Assembly: GCA_035688325.1 (NCBI GenBank)
Contig: DASSMZ010000088.1
Coordinates: 1 to 42,022 of the forward strand
Reading direction: 5' to 3'
DNA length: 42,022 nt
DNA from: Gaiellaceae bacterium
Lineage (GTDB): Bacteria; Actinomycetota; Thermoleophilia; Gaiellales; Gaiellaceae
How positions within the stretch are numbered: the first letter of the stretch is position 1; each line of letters starts with the position of its first letter. Below the pieces are notes generated by a model. That model saw only the letters and a program-made list of their open reading frames with translations, did not search any database and was not told the origin of the DNA. Below are positions 35,055 through 42,022 of the stretch, one piece after another. Both the position numbers and the translations under genes were made by a program.

Positions 35055-36179
35055 CTAGGCCGTTGCGAGCACGTTGCCGAGGGCTTCGTCGAGCAGCTCG
35101 TGCTCGTCCGGAAGGCCCACCGTCACGCGCACCGCGCCGGGCGCGCCGAAGCCGTGCGTCGGGCGCACGATCACGCCTTCGCGCAGCAGCTGCTCGAACA
35201 GCGGCCGCGAGTCCTCGCCGACCTCCGCGAAGAGGAAGTTGCCGACCGCGGGCCCGACCGGGTCGAGCCCGTGCGCGCGCAGGATCCGCTCGAGCTGCTC
35301 CCGGTTGGCCGCGTTCTCGCGGCGGCGGCGCGTCAGCTCGTCGGGCGCGTCGAGGCTCGCGAGCGCCGCCTCCTGCGCCGGCGTGGTGATGTCGAACGCG
35401 CGCCGGACCTTGCCGATCGCGGTCACGACCTCCGCGGGAGCGAGGCCGTAGCCGACGCGCAGCCCGGCCAGGCCGTAGATCTTCGAGAACGTGCGCAGCA
35501 CGACGACGCGCCGCCCGTGCTTGAGGTAGTCCTCGACGCCGTCGGGGTAGTCGGGGTCGTCGATGTACTCGGCGTAGGCCTGGTCGAGCACCGTGACCAC
35601 GTGCTCCGGGATGCGCTCGAACCACGCGTCGAGCTCGGCGCGGGTGTTCGTCGTGCCGGTCGGGTTGTTCGGCAGGCACACGTAGGCGATCTTGGTGCGC
35701 GGGCCGATCGCCTCGAGCATCGCTTCGAGGTCGTAGCGGCCGTCGCGCAGCTCGACCGTGCGCGGCACCGCTCCCAGCTTGCGCGCGTCGATCACGTAGC
35801 TCGGGAACGACGGCCAGCCGCACACGATCTCGTCGCCGCGCTCGAGCGCGGCGAGGCCGAGGCAGTCGACGAGGCCGTCGGAGCCCGCGCCGATCGCGAC
35901 CTCCTCGAAGCGCACGTCGAAGCGCTCCGCGAGCGCCGCGCGCAGGCGGTAGGCGCCGCCGTCCGGGTAGCGGTTCAGCTCCGCCACGCAACGTTCGATC
36001 GCCTCGCGGGCCTGCGGGAACGGCCCGTACGGCCCCTCGTTCGAGGCGAGCTTGACGACGCGCTCGAGGCCGAGCTCGCGCTGGACCTCCTCGACCGGCT
36101 TGCCGGGCTCGTACGGAACGAGGTCGTTGACGGCCGGCTTGAAGAAGCTGTCGGCGATCTCGGCGAGCCGTCCCGTCAC
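35055..36179 (-). CDS. hisC: Histidinol-phosphate aminotransferase
   Basis: Motifs KLASNEGPYGP, LNRYPD, CLPNNPTGT, and the PLP-lysine context RTFSKIYGLAGLRVGY. Confidence 0.92.
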   Translation of the reverse strand: MTGRLAEIADSFFKPAVNDLVPYEPGKPVEEVQRELGLERVVKLASNEGPYGPFPQAREAIERCVAELNRYPDGGAYRLRAALAERFDVRFEEVAIGAGSDGLVDCLGLAALERGDEIVCGWPSFPSYVIDARKLGAVPRTVELRDGRYDLEAMLEAIGPRTKIAYVCLPNNPTGTTNTRAELDAWFERIPEHVVTVLDQAYAEYIDDPDYPDGVEDYLKHGRRVVVLRTFSKIYGLAGLRVGYGLAPAEVVTAIGKVRRAFDITTPAQEAALASLDAPDELTRRRRENAANREQLERILRAHGLDPVGPAVGNFLFAEVGEDSRPLFEQLLREGVIVRPTHGFGAPGAVRVTVGLPDEHELLDEALGNVLATA

Positions 36180-36189
36180 GGCGCGGATG

Positions 36190-36726
36190 CTACTCGGGCA
36201 GCCAGCCTTCCTGGTACCGGCAACGCCGGAACGCCGGGAAGCGGCGGTATGCCTCGGCCGGCTCGGTCGTCTCGCGCTCGACGCCTGCGCCGTGTGCCTG
36301 GGCGAGCGGATGCACCGGGTAGACGAGCCCCTTGCGGCCGCCGCGCCCGCCGAGGGCGAGCACGACGCTCGGGCGGTCGCCGGCGCCGACGATGATGTGG
36401 TCGGTGCCGCCGGGGCAGTGGAAGAAGTCCCACCGGCGCAGCGGCCGTTCCTCCCCGTCGACCAGCAGCAGGCACTCGCCGGCCAGGACGAGGAACCCCT
36501 CGTCGTGCCGCTCGCGGTGGTACATGCCCATCGGTTGGCCGGGCTGGAGCACGTTCAGATTCACGCCGAGCTGGCGGAACGGCCGTTTGCCCTCGAAGTC
36601 GCAGAAGCAGCCGAGCTCGCCGGCGTCGCGCCAGCGGCTCTCGGTGGCGTTGACCACGAACCAGCCGTCGCCGTCGGCGACGAGGCCGTGCTTGCTCTCG
36701 CGCAGGGGAACCTCCGGAACGGGCAT
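36190..36726 (-). CDS. Cupin domain protein (178 aa)
   Basis: ATG at 36726. Cupin motifs GMYHRERHDEGFLVLAGE and FFHCPGGTDHIIVG. The upstream part of listed ORF 36190..36975 is a shadow frame. Confidence 0.75.
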   Translation of the reverse strand: MPVPEVPLRESKHGLVADGDGWFVVNATESRWRDAGELGCFCDFEGKRPFRQLGVNLNVLQPGQPMGMYHRERHDEGFLVLAGECLLLVDGEERPLRRWDFFHCPGGTDHIIVGAGDRPSVVLALGGRGGRKGLVYPVHPLAQAHGAGVERETTEPAEAYRRFPAFRRCRYQEGWLPE

Positions 36727-36773
36727 CGCCTGAGGATATGCCCGTCTGCGGCACGCACTAGGATGGCCGCGGC

Positions 36774-37859
36774 ATGAGGATCGGGGTGCCGAAGGAGACT
36801 GCGGCCGGAGAGCGGCGCGTGGCCCTCGTACCCGAGACCGTCGGCAAGCTCGCAGGCGGCGGCTTCGAGGTGGTGGTCGAGCGCGGCGCCGGCGAGGCTG
36901 CCTCGTTCCCGGACGCGGCCTTCGAGGAGGCCGGCGCGCAGCTCGGTGACTGGGCCGACGTGGACGCGGTCGCAAAGGTGCAGAAGCCGTCGGCCGACGA
37001 GGTGGCGCGGCTGCGCGAGGGCCAGGTGCTGATCGGCTTCCTGGAGCCGCTGATCGACCGCGACGGGATCGACCGGCTCGCGGCGCACGGCGTGGTCGCG
37101 TTCGCGATGGAGTCGATCCCGCGCATCACCCGCGCGCAGCCGATGGACGCCCTGTCGTCGCAGGCGACCGTCTCCGGCTACAAGGCTGCCCTGCTCGCGG
37201 CCGAGCGGCTGCCGAAGTTCTTCCCGATGCTGATGACGGCCGCTGGCACCGTCGCGCCGGCGAAGGTGCTCGTGCTCGGCGCGGGCGTGGCCGGCCTGCA
37301 GGCGATCGCGACCGCGCGGCGCCTCGGCGCGGTCGTCACCGGCTTCGACGTGCGTCCCGTCGTGCGCGAACAGATCGAGAGCCTCGGCGCGAGCTGGCTC
37401 GACATCGGCGTCGTCGGCGAGGAGACGGCCGGCGGGTACGCGCAGGCGCTGACCGAGGAGCAGCAGCGGCAGCAGCAGGAGGAGCTCGAGGCGCGCATGC
37501 CCGAGTTCGACGTCGTGATCACGACGGCCCTGATCCCGGGCCGGCCGGCGCCGCGGCTGATTCCTGCGAGCGCCGTGGCGGCGATGCGGCCGGGGTCGGT
37601 CGTGATCGACCTCGCCGCGGAGGCCGGCGGCAACTGCGAGCTGACCGCGCCGGGCGAAGAGGTCGTCCGCGAGGGCGTGACGATCGTCGGCTTCACGAAC
37701 CTGCCGAGCTCGATGCCGTTCCACGCGAGCCAGCTCTACTCGCGGAACGTCAGCGCGTTGCTGCACCACCTCGCGCCCGAGGGCGAGCTCGCGCTGGACT
37801 GGGACGACGAGATCACCGCCGGCGCCTGCGTGACCCGGAAGGAGGAGGTGCCGGCGTGA
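36774..37859 (+). CDS. pntAA: NAD(P) transhydrogenase subunit alpha part 1 (dI domain)
   Basis: N-terminus MRIGVPKETAAGERRVALVPE. Rossmann motif VLVLGAGVAGLQAIATARRLGA. Alanine-dehydrogenase-like fold. Confidence 0.92.
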   Translation: MRIGVPKETAAGERRVALVPETVGKLAGGGFEVVVERGAGEAASFPDAAFEEAGAQLGDWADVDAVAKVQKPSADEVARLREGQVLIGFLEPLIDRDGIDRLAAHGVVAFAMESIPRITRAQPMDALSSQATVSGYKAALLAAERLPKFFPMLMTAAGTVAPAKVLVLGAGVAGLQAIATARRLGAVVTGFDVRPVVREQIESLGASWLDIGVVGEETAGGYAQALTEEQQRQQQEELEARMPEFDVVITTALIPGRPAPRLIPASAVAAMRPGSVVIDLAAEAGGNCELTAPGEEVVREGVTIVGFTNLPSSMPFHASQLYSRNVSALLHHLAPEGELALDWDDEITAGACVTRKEEVPA

Positions 37860-38043
37860 GCGAGACCCCGTGGAGCGATCGGCGCACATCCGGCGCGCTT
37901 GCGTCACGGACCTGCGCGCCGGGCGCCGCTAACGTCACCGCCGAGGGCGGCGGGACAACACACCCCACCCTGATGGGTGGGGGGATCGGGTTCTCGCGTG
38001 CGCCCCGGCGCGAGCCGGACCGCGGGCTCGAGGCGGGAGCGCG

Positions 38044-38391
38044 ATGAGCCACAACACGCTGCTCGTCTTCGAGCTGACGATCCTCGTGCTCGCGATCTTC
38101 CTCGGCTTCGAGGTGATCTCGAAGGTCCCGACCCTGCTGCACACGCCGCTGATGTCCGGCACCAACGCGATCCACGGCATCGTCATCGTCGGCGCGATGA
38201 TCGTGCTCGCGCAGCCGGACAAGGACGTGTTCGAGTGGATCGTCGGGTTCCTCGGCGTCGTGCTCGGCTCGGCGAATGTTGTCGGCGGCTTCGTCGTCAC
38301 CGACCGCATGCTCGAGATGTTCAAGAAGCGCGAGCCGGCGAAGGCGCCCGCGGACCGGGACGGCGGCGACGGCGGCTCGAGCGCCGGATGA
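38044..38391 (+). CDS. pntAB: NAD(P) transhydrogenase subunit alpha part 2 (membrane dII-alpha)
   Basis: Motifs LTILVLAIFLGFEVISKVP, LHTPLMSGTNAIHGIV, GGFVVTDRMLEMF. Ribosome-binding site GGGAG 4 nt upstream of the ATG. Confidence 0.9.
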   Translation: MSHNTLLVFELTILVLAIFLGFEVISKVPTLLHTPLMSGTNAIHGIVIVGAMIVLAQPDKDVFEWIVGFLGVVLGSANVVGGFVVTDRMLEMFKKREPAKAPADRDGGDGGSSAG

Positions 38392-39779
38392 GCACCAACC
38401 TCGCGAACCTGCTCTACCTGATCCCGATCGTCGCGTTCATTTTGGCGCTGCGCTTCCTCTCCAACCCGGCGCACGCGCGCCGCGGCAACCAGATCGGCGC
38501 GGTCGGGATGCTGGTGGCGATCGTCGTCACCTGGATCAAGGCCGGCAGCGCGAGCTGGTGGGCGATCGTGATCGCGATGGTGATCGGCGGCGGCTTCGGC
38601 GCAGTCGCCGCGCGCCGCGTGAAGATGACCGCGATGCCGCAGATGGTGGCGCTGTTCAACGGCGTCGGCGGCGGCGCGGCCGCATTGATCGCGCTCGCGG
38701 AGCTGCACCGGATCCTCCCTGACCCGGGCCGGCCGAAGATCGACATCGCGCTCGCGATCGCGCTCTCCGGGCTGATCGGCGCGATCTCGTTCGCCGGCTC
38801 GATGGTCGCGTTCGGGAAGCTCCAGGAGCTGATCCGCGGCCGGCCGATCACGTATCCGGGGCAGAAGTTCGCGAACCTCGCGCTGCTCGCGCTGTGCGTC
38901 GTCCTGAGCGTCGTCCTCGTCGCCGGCGTCCAGGACGAGTGGCTGCTCTGGGTCGTCGTCGCCGGCGGCGCGCTCTTCGGCGTGCTCTTCGTGCTCCCGA
39001 TCGGCGGCGCCGACATGCCCGTCGTGATCTCGCTGCTGAACGCGTTCACCGGCCTCGCCGTCGCAGTCGGCGGGTTCGAGCTCGAGAACAACGTGATGAT
39101 CGTGGCCGGGATGCTCGTCGGCGCGTCGGGCACCCTGCTCACGATGCTGATGGGCCGGGCGATGAACCGGTCGATCGCGAACGTCCTCTTCGGCGCCTTC
39201 GGCCAGGTCACCGCCGCCGCAGCGGCGGCCGCCGAGGGCGACGGCGGCACGGTGCGCTCGGCGAGCGCCGAGGACGTCGCGGTGATGCTCGCCTACGCGC
39301 ACAAGGTCGTGTTCGTGCCCGGCTACGGTCTCGCGGTCGCGCAGGCCCAGCACGACGTCCGCCAGCTCGCCGACCTGCTCGAGGAGAAGGGCGTCGAGGT
39401 CTCGTACGCGATCCACCCGGTCGCGGGCCGCATGCCGGGACACATGAACGTCCTGCTCGCCGAGGCCAACGTGCCGTACCCGCAGCTGAAGGAGATGGAC
39501 GACGCCAACCCGGAGTTCAGCCGCACGGACGTGGCGGTGGTCGTCGGGGCCAACGACGTCGTCAACCCGGACGCGCGCAACAACCAGGGCAGCCCGATCT
39601 ACGGGATGCCGATCCTGAACGTCGACGACGCGCAGGCCGTGGTCGTGCTCAAGCGCAGCATGAACCCCGGCTTCGCCGGCATCGAGAACCCGCTCTTCTA
39701 CAACCCGAAGACGGTGATGCTGTTCGGCGACGCCAAGGACTCGATCGACAAGCTGATCGCGGACGTGAAGGGCCTCTAG
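38388..39779 (+). CDS. pntB: NAD(P) transhydrogenase subunit beta
   Basis: ATG 38388 overlaps the pntAB TGA (ATGA). Membrane N-terminal half. dIII motifs VPGYGLAVAQAQH, HPVAGRMPGHMNVLLAEA, VVVGANDVVNP. The 5' part of listed ORF 37977..39779 is a shadow frame. Confidence 0.92.
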   Translation: MSTNLANLLYLIPIVAFILALRFLSNPAHARRGNQIGAVGMLVAIVVTWIKAGSASWWAIVIAMVIGGGFGAVAARRVKMTAMPQMVALFNGVGGGAAALIALAELHRILPDPGRPKIDIALAIALSGLIGAISFAGSMVAFGKLQELIRGRPITYPGQKFANLALLALCVVLSVVLVAGVQDEWLLWVVVAGGALFGVLFVLPIGGADMPVVISLLNAFTGLAVAVGGFELENNVMIVAGMLVGASGTLLTMLMGRAMNRSIANVLFGAFGQVTAAAAAAAEGDGGTVRSASAEDVAVMLAYAHKVVFVPGYGLAVAQAQHDVRQLADLLEEKGVEVSYAIHPVAGRMPGHMNVLLAEANVPYPQLKEMDDANPEFSRTDVAVVVGANDVVNPDARNNQGSPIYGMPILNVDDAQAVVVLKRSMNPGFAGIENPLFYNPKTVMLFGDAKDSIDKLIADVKGL

Positions 39780-40510
39780 TCCGTCCGCCGGCGCAGGGTC
39801 AGCGCGCCGAGCACGAGCGCGAGCAGCGTCGCCCCGAGCACCACGCAGACGTCGACCGCGAAGCGGCCGTCGAACTCGTCCGCGATCGCCCGCGCGAGCG
39901 CGTCGTAGGCGTAGGTCAGCGGCAGCAGCGCCGAGACGACCCGCAGCCAGTCCGCCATCTCCGACCGCGCGACGAACAGGCCGCAGAGCAGCATCTGCGG
40001 CAGCACGATCGCCGGCATGAACTGCACGGCCTGGAACTCCGTCGACGCGAAGGCGCTCGCGAACAGGCCGAGGGCCATCCCGAGCACGGCGTTGCCGATC
40101 GCGAGCAGGACGACGACGGCGACCGGCCCGGCCGCGTGCAGGCCGAGCAGCGCGAATGCAATCGTCGAGACGACCGACGCCTGCACCGCCGCGAGCGCCG
40201 CGAAGGCCAGCGCGTAGCCGCAGAGCAGGTCGAGCTTCGCGAGCGGCAGCGTCATCAGCCGCTCGAGCGTGCCGGTCGTCCGCTCGCGCAGCATCGTGAC
40301 CGAGGTGACGACGAACATCGAGACGAACGGGAACAGCCCCAGCAGCGGCCCGCCGACGTGCTGGAAGACCTGCTCGCGGCCCGAGAAGAGCTCGTGCAGC
40401 AGGACGATCAGCAGCGACGGCACGCCGATCAGCAGGCCGACCGTGCGCGGGTCGCGCCGCAGCTGGGTCAGGACCCGCAGCGCCACGGCGCCGGCCACGC
40501 GAGGGCTCAC
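39776..40510 (-). CDS. ABC-2 type transporter permease
   Basis: GTG 40510 overlaps the ATPase stop (GTGA). Six hydrophobic helices. ABC-2 family features (RRDPRTVGLL..., ERTTGTLERLMTLP). Confidence 0.8.
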   Translation of the reverse strand: MSPRVAGAVALRVLTQLRRDPRTVGLLIGVPSLLIVLLHELFSGREQVFQHVGGPLLGLFPFVSMFVVTSVTMLRERTTGTLERLMTLPLAKLDLLCGYALAFAALAAVQASVVSTIAFALLGLHAAGPVAVVVLLAIGNAVLGMALGLFASAFASTEFQAVQFMPAIVLPQMLLCGLFVARSEMADWLRVVSALLPLTYAYDALARAIADEFDGRFAVDVCVVLGATLLALVLGALTLRRRTD

Positions 40511-41226
40511 CGCCGCTCCTCCTCGATCAGCCGCAGGAAGGCGGCGTCGAGGTCGGGAGCGCCCGTGCTGCGGAGGAGCTCGTCCGGCCCGGCGGCCGCG
40601 AGCAACCGGCCGCCCCGCAGCAGGAGCAGGCGGTCGCAGCGCTCGGCCTCGTCCATCACGTGGCTCGACACGAGCACGGTGCGGCCCTCCTCGGCGAGCG
40701 CGTGGAAGGTGCTCCACAGCTCGCGCCGCAGCAGCGGATCGAGGCCGACCGTCGGCTCGTCCAGCACGAGCAGCTCGGGGTCGGCGAGGAGCGCGCTCGC
40801 CAGCGAGACGCGCGCGCGCTGGCCGCCGGAGAGGCGGTTCACGACGCGGTCGACGAGCTCGGCCAGCTCGACGGTCTCCAGCACGTCCGGGATGCGGCCC
40901 GCCGGGACACCGAGCACGCGCGCGAAGAAGCGCAGGTTCTCGCCGATCGTGAGGTCGCCGTAGACCGACGGCGCCTGTGTCACGTACGCGACGCGGCGTC
41001 GGAGCGCAGGCGATCCCGCCGGGAGGCCGAGCACGGTGATCGCGCCGCCGCGGACGCGCTGGACGCCGACGATCGCGCGCATGAGTGTCGACTTGCCGCT
41101 GCCGTTCGGACCGAGCAGCCCCGTCACCAAGCCGCGCTCGACGGACAGCGAGAGCTCGCGCAGGACGTCGGCGTCGCCGCGGACCACGTGCAGACGGTCG
41201 ACGACGATCCCGGCGCGGCCCTCCAT
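40507..41226 (-). CDS. ABC transporter ATP-binding protein
   Basis: Walker A GPNGSGKST, signature LSGGQRARV, Walker B LLVLDEPT. ATG 41226 is preferred because GTG 41280 would overlap the divergent gene. Confidence 0.88.
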   Translation of the reverse strand: MEGRAGIVVDRLHVVRGDADVLRELSLSVERGLVTGLLGPNGSGKSTLMRAIVGVQRVRGGAITVLGLPAGSPALRRRVAYVTQAPSVYGDLTIGENLRFFARVLGVPAGRIPDVLETVELAELVDRVVNRLSGGQRARVSLASALLADPELLVLDEPTVGLDPLLRRELWSTFHALAEEGRTVLVSSHVMDEAERCDRLLLLRGGRLLAAAGPDELLRSTGAPDLDAAFLRLIEEERR

Positions 41227-41263
41227 CGGCGCCGAGTATCCCGCGAATAGGCTTCGCGCTTCG

Positions 41264-42022
41264 ATGGTGCTGCTGTTCACAGCCAGCGACGTCGAGGAGG
41301 CGGTCTCGCCGCAGCGCGCGGTCGAGGCCGTGCGCGAAGCCTTCGTCGCCTACGCCCGCGGCGAGTGGTCGATGCCGCCGAAGGTCTACGTGCCCGCCTA
41401 CCCGGCCGGCGACTTCCGGGCGATGCCCGTGCTCGGCGCTGGCCACGCGGCGTTGAAGTGGGTGACGTCGTTCCCGGGCAACCCGGCGCGCGGGCTGCCG
41501 ACGGTGACGGGCCTCGTGCTGCTCTCGGACGCCTCCGACGGCTCCTTGGTCGCGGTGCTCGACGCCGGCGCCGTGACGGCGGCGCGCACCGGTGCCGCGG
41601 CGGTGCTGGCGGCGGAGACGCTGCGTCCGGGCTACGAGTCGGCGGCGGTGGTCGGCGCCGGCGTGAACGGGCGCGCGGCGGCGCAGACGTTCCGCGCGCT
41701 CGGACGCGCGGTCGTGCTCTGGGACGTCGACGAGGCGCGGGCCACGTCCGCGGCGGAGGAGCTCGGCGCGGAGGCCGCGTCGTCGCGCGAGGAGGCGTTG
41801 GCGGCGGACGTCGTGGTGACGGTGACCCCCGGGCACGAGCTCGTGTTCGACCACGGCGCGCTGCAGCCGGGGCAGCACGTGAGCCTGATGGGCGCGGACG
41901 GGCCGGGAAAGGCGGAGATCGCGGTCGACGAGCTCGTCCGCACCCGCGTCTTCTGCGACGACTGGGAGCAGGCGAGCCACAACGGCGAGCTGGCGCACGC
42001 CGTGGAGGCCGGGAAGCTCCGA
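41264..42022 (+). CDS. Ornithine cyclodeaminase/mu-crystallin family protein; the 3' end lies beyond the window (absent from the ORF track because no stop is reached)
   Basis: My own translation from ATG 41264: MVLLFTASDVEEAVSPQRAVEAVREAFVAYARGEW...LKWVTSFPGNPARGLPTVTGLVLLSD...TAARTGAAAVLAA...AVVGAGVNGRAAAQ...MGADGPGKAEI. The frame is open to the window end. Confidence 0.8.
   Translation, partial: MVLLFTASDVEEAVSPQRAVEAVREAFVAYARGEWSMPPKVYVPAYPAGDFRAMPVLGAGHAALKWVTSFPGNPARGLPTVTGLVLLSDASDGSLVAVLDAGAVTAARTGAAAVLAAETLRPGYESAAVVGAGVNGRAAAQTFRALGRAVVLWDVDEARATSAAEELGAEAASSREEALAADVVVTVTPGHELVFDHGALQPGQHVSLMGADGPGKAEIAVDELVRTRVFCDDWEQASHNGELAHAVEAGKLR

Noticed and set aside
37890-38030. Riboswitch or known cis-regulatory RNA in the pntAA-pntAB spacer
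   Set aside because: I recognise no conserved riboswitch core. The 6-9 bp stems are individually within chance expectation for this GC content. The region is kept only as an unexplained spacer in the findings.
37977-38387. 5' extension of the pntB ORF (600-aa version)
   Set aside because: The extension is an Arg-rich shadow over pntAB. PntB homology starts at ATG 38388, which is coupled to the pntAB stop.

Overview
Very GC-rich bacterial chromosomal segment, roughly 70-75% GC by eye, with third codon positions almost always G/C. Gene content and style fit a high-GC Actinomycetota lineage, possibly Thermoleophilia/Solirubrobacterales-like; this is inference only. I support about 43 protein-coding genes. 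They are tightly packed, with at least a dozen 4-11 bp start/stop overlaps. I recognised no rRNA, tRNA, CRISPR array, transposase, integrase or prophage genes. Many very long Arg/Ala/Pro-rich ORFs in the six-frame track are shadow frames of real genes and were rejected.

Layout:
- 1-9046: housekeeping genes (repeat protein tail, biotin carboxylase/BCCP, SCP2, MFS, flavoprotein, secreted protein, PepA, acyl-CoA dehydrogenase).
- 9053-17295: a metal homeostasis island. On the minus strand a CadC-like ArsR repressor is followed by two different CDF transporters, two tandem CtaG-like membrane proteins and an anchored exported protein. Diverging on the plus strand are a His-motif lipoprotein, a membrane protein, YcnI, a CopC-CopD fusion and a possible 30-aa micropeptide.
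- 17292-21517: YciI-like protein plus lipoprotein, then an S8 protease with an (SSSWS)n tail, directly followed by a membrane HD-GYP protein.
- 21531-26050: a GcvT-fold aminomethyltransferase back-to-back with two tandem PYROXD2/COG1233-type flavoproteins. This is my best candidate for an undescribed system, a split N-demethylase.
- 26047-42022: membrane protein, persulfide dioxygenase-rhodanese fusion, zinc-ribbon/cyclase/STAND/TPR protein, IlvA, MeaB-like GTPase, MFS, HisC, cupin, PntAA/AB/B with an odd 184-bp internal spacer, ABC-2 exporter, and a partial ornithine cyclodeaminase-family gene.

All family calls come from motif recognition by eye. No database search was run.
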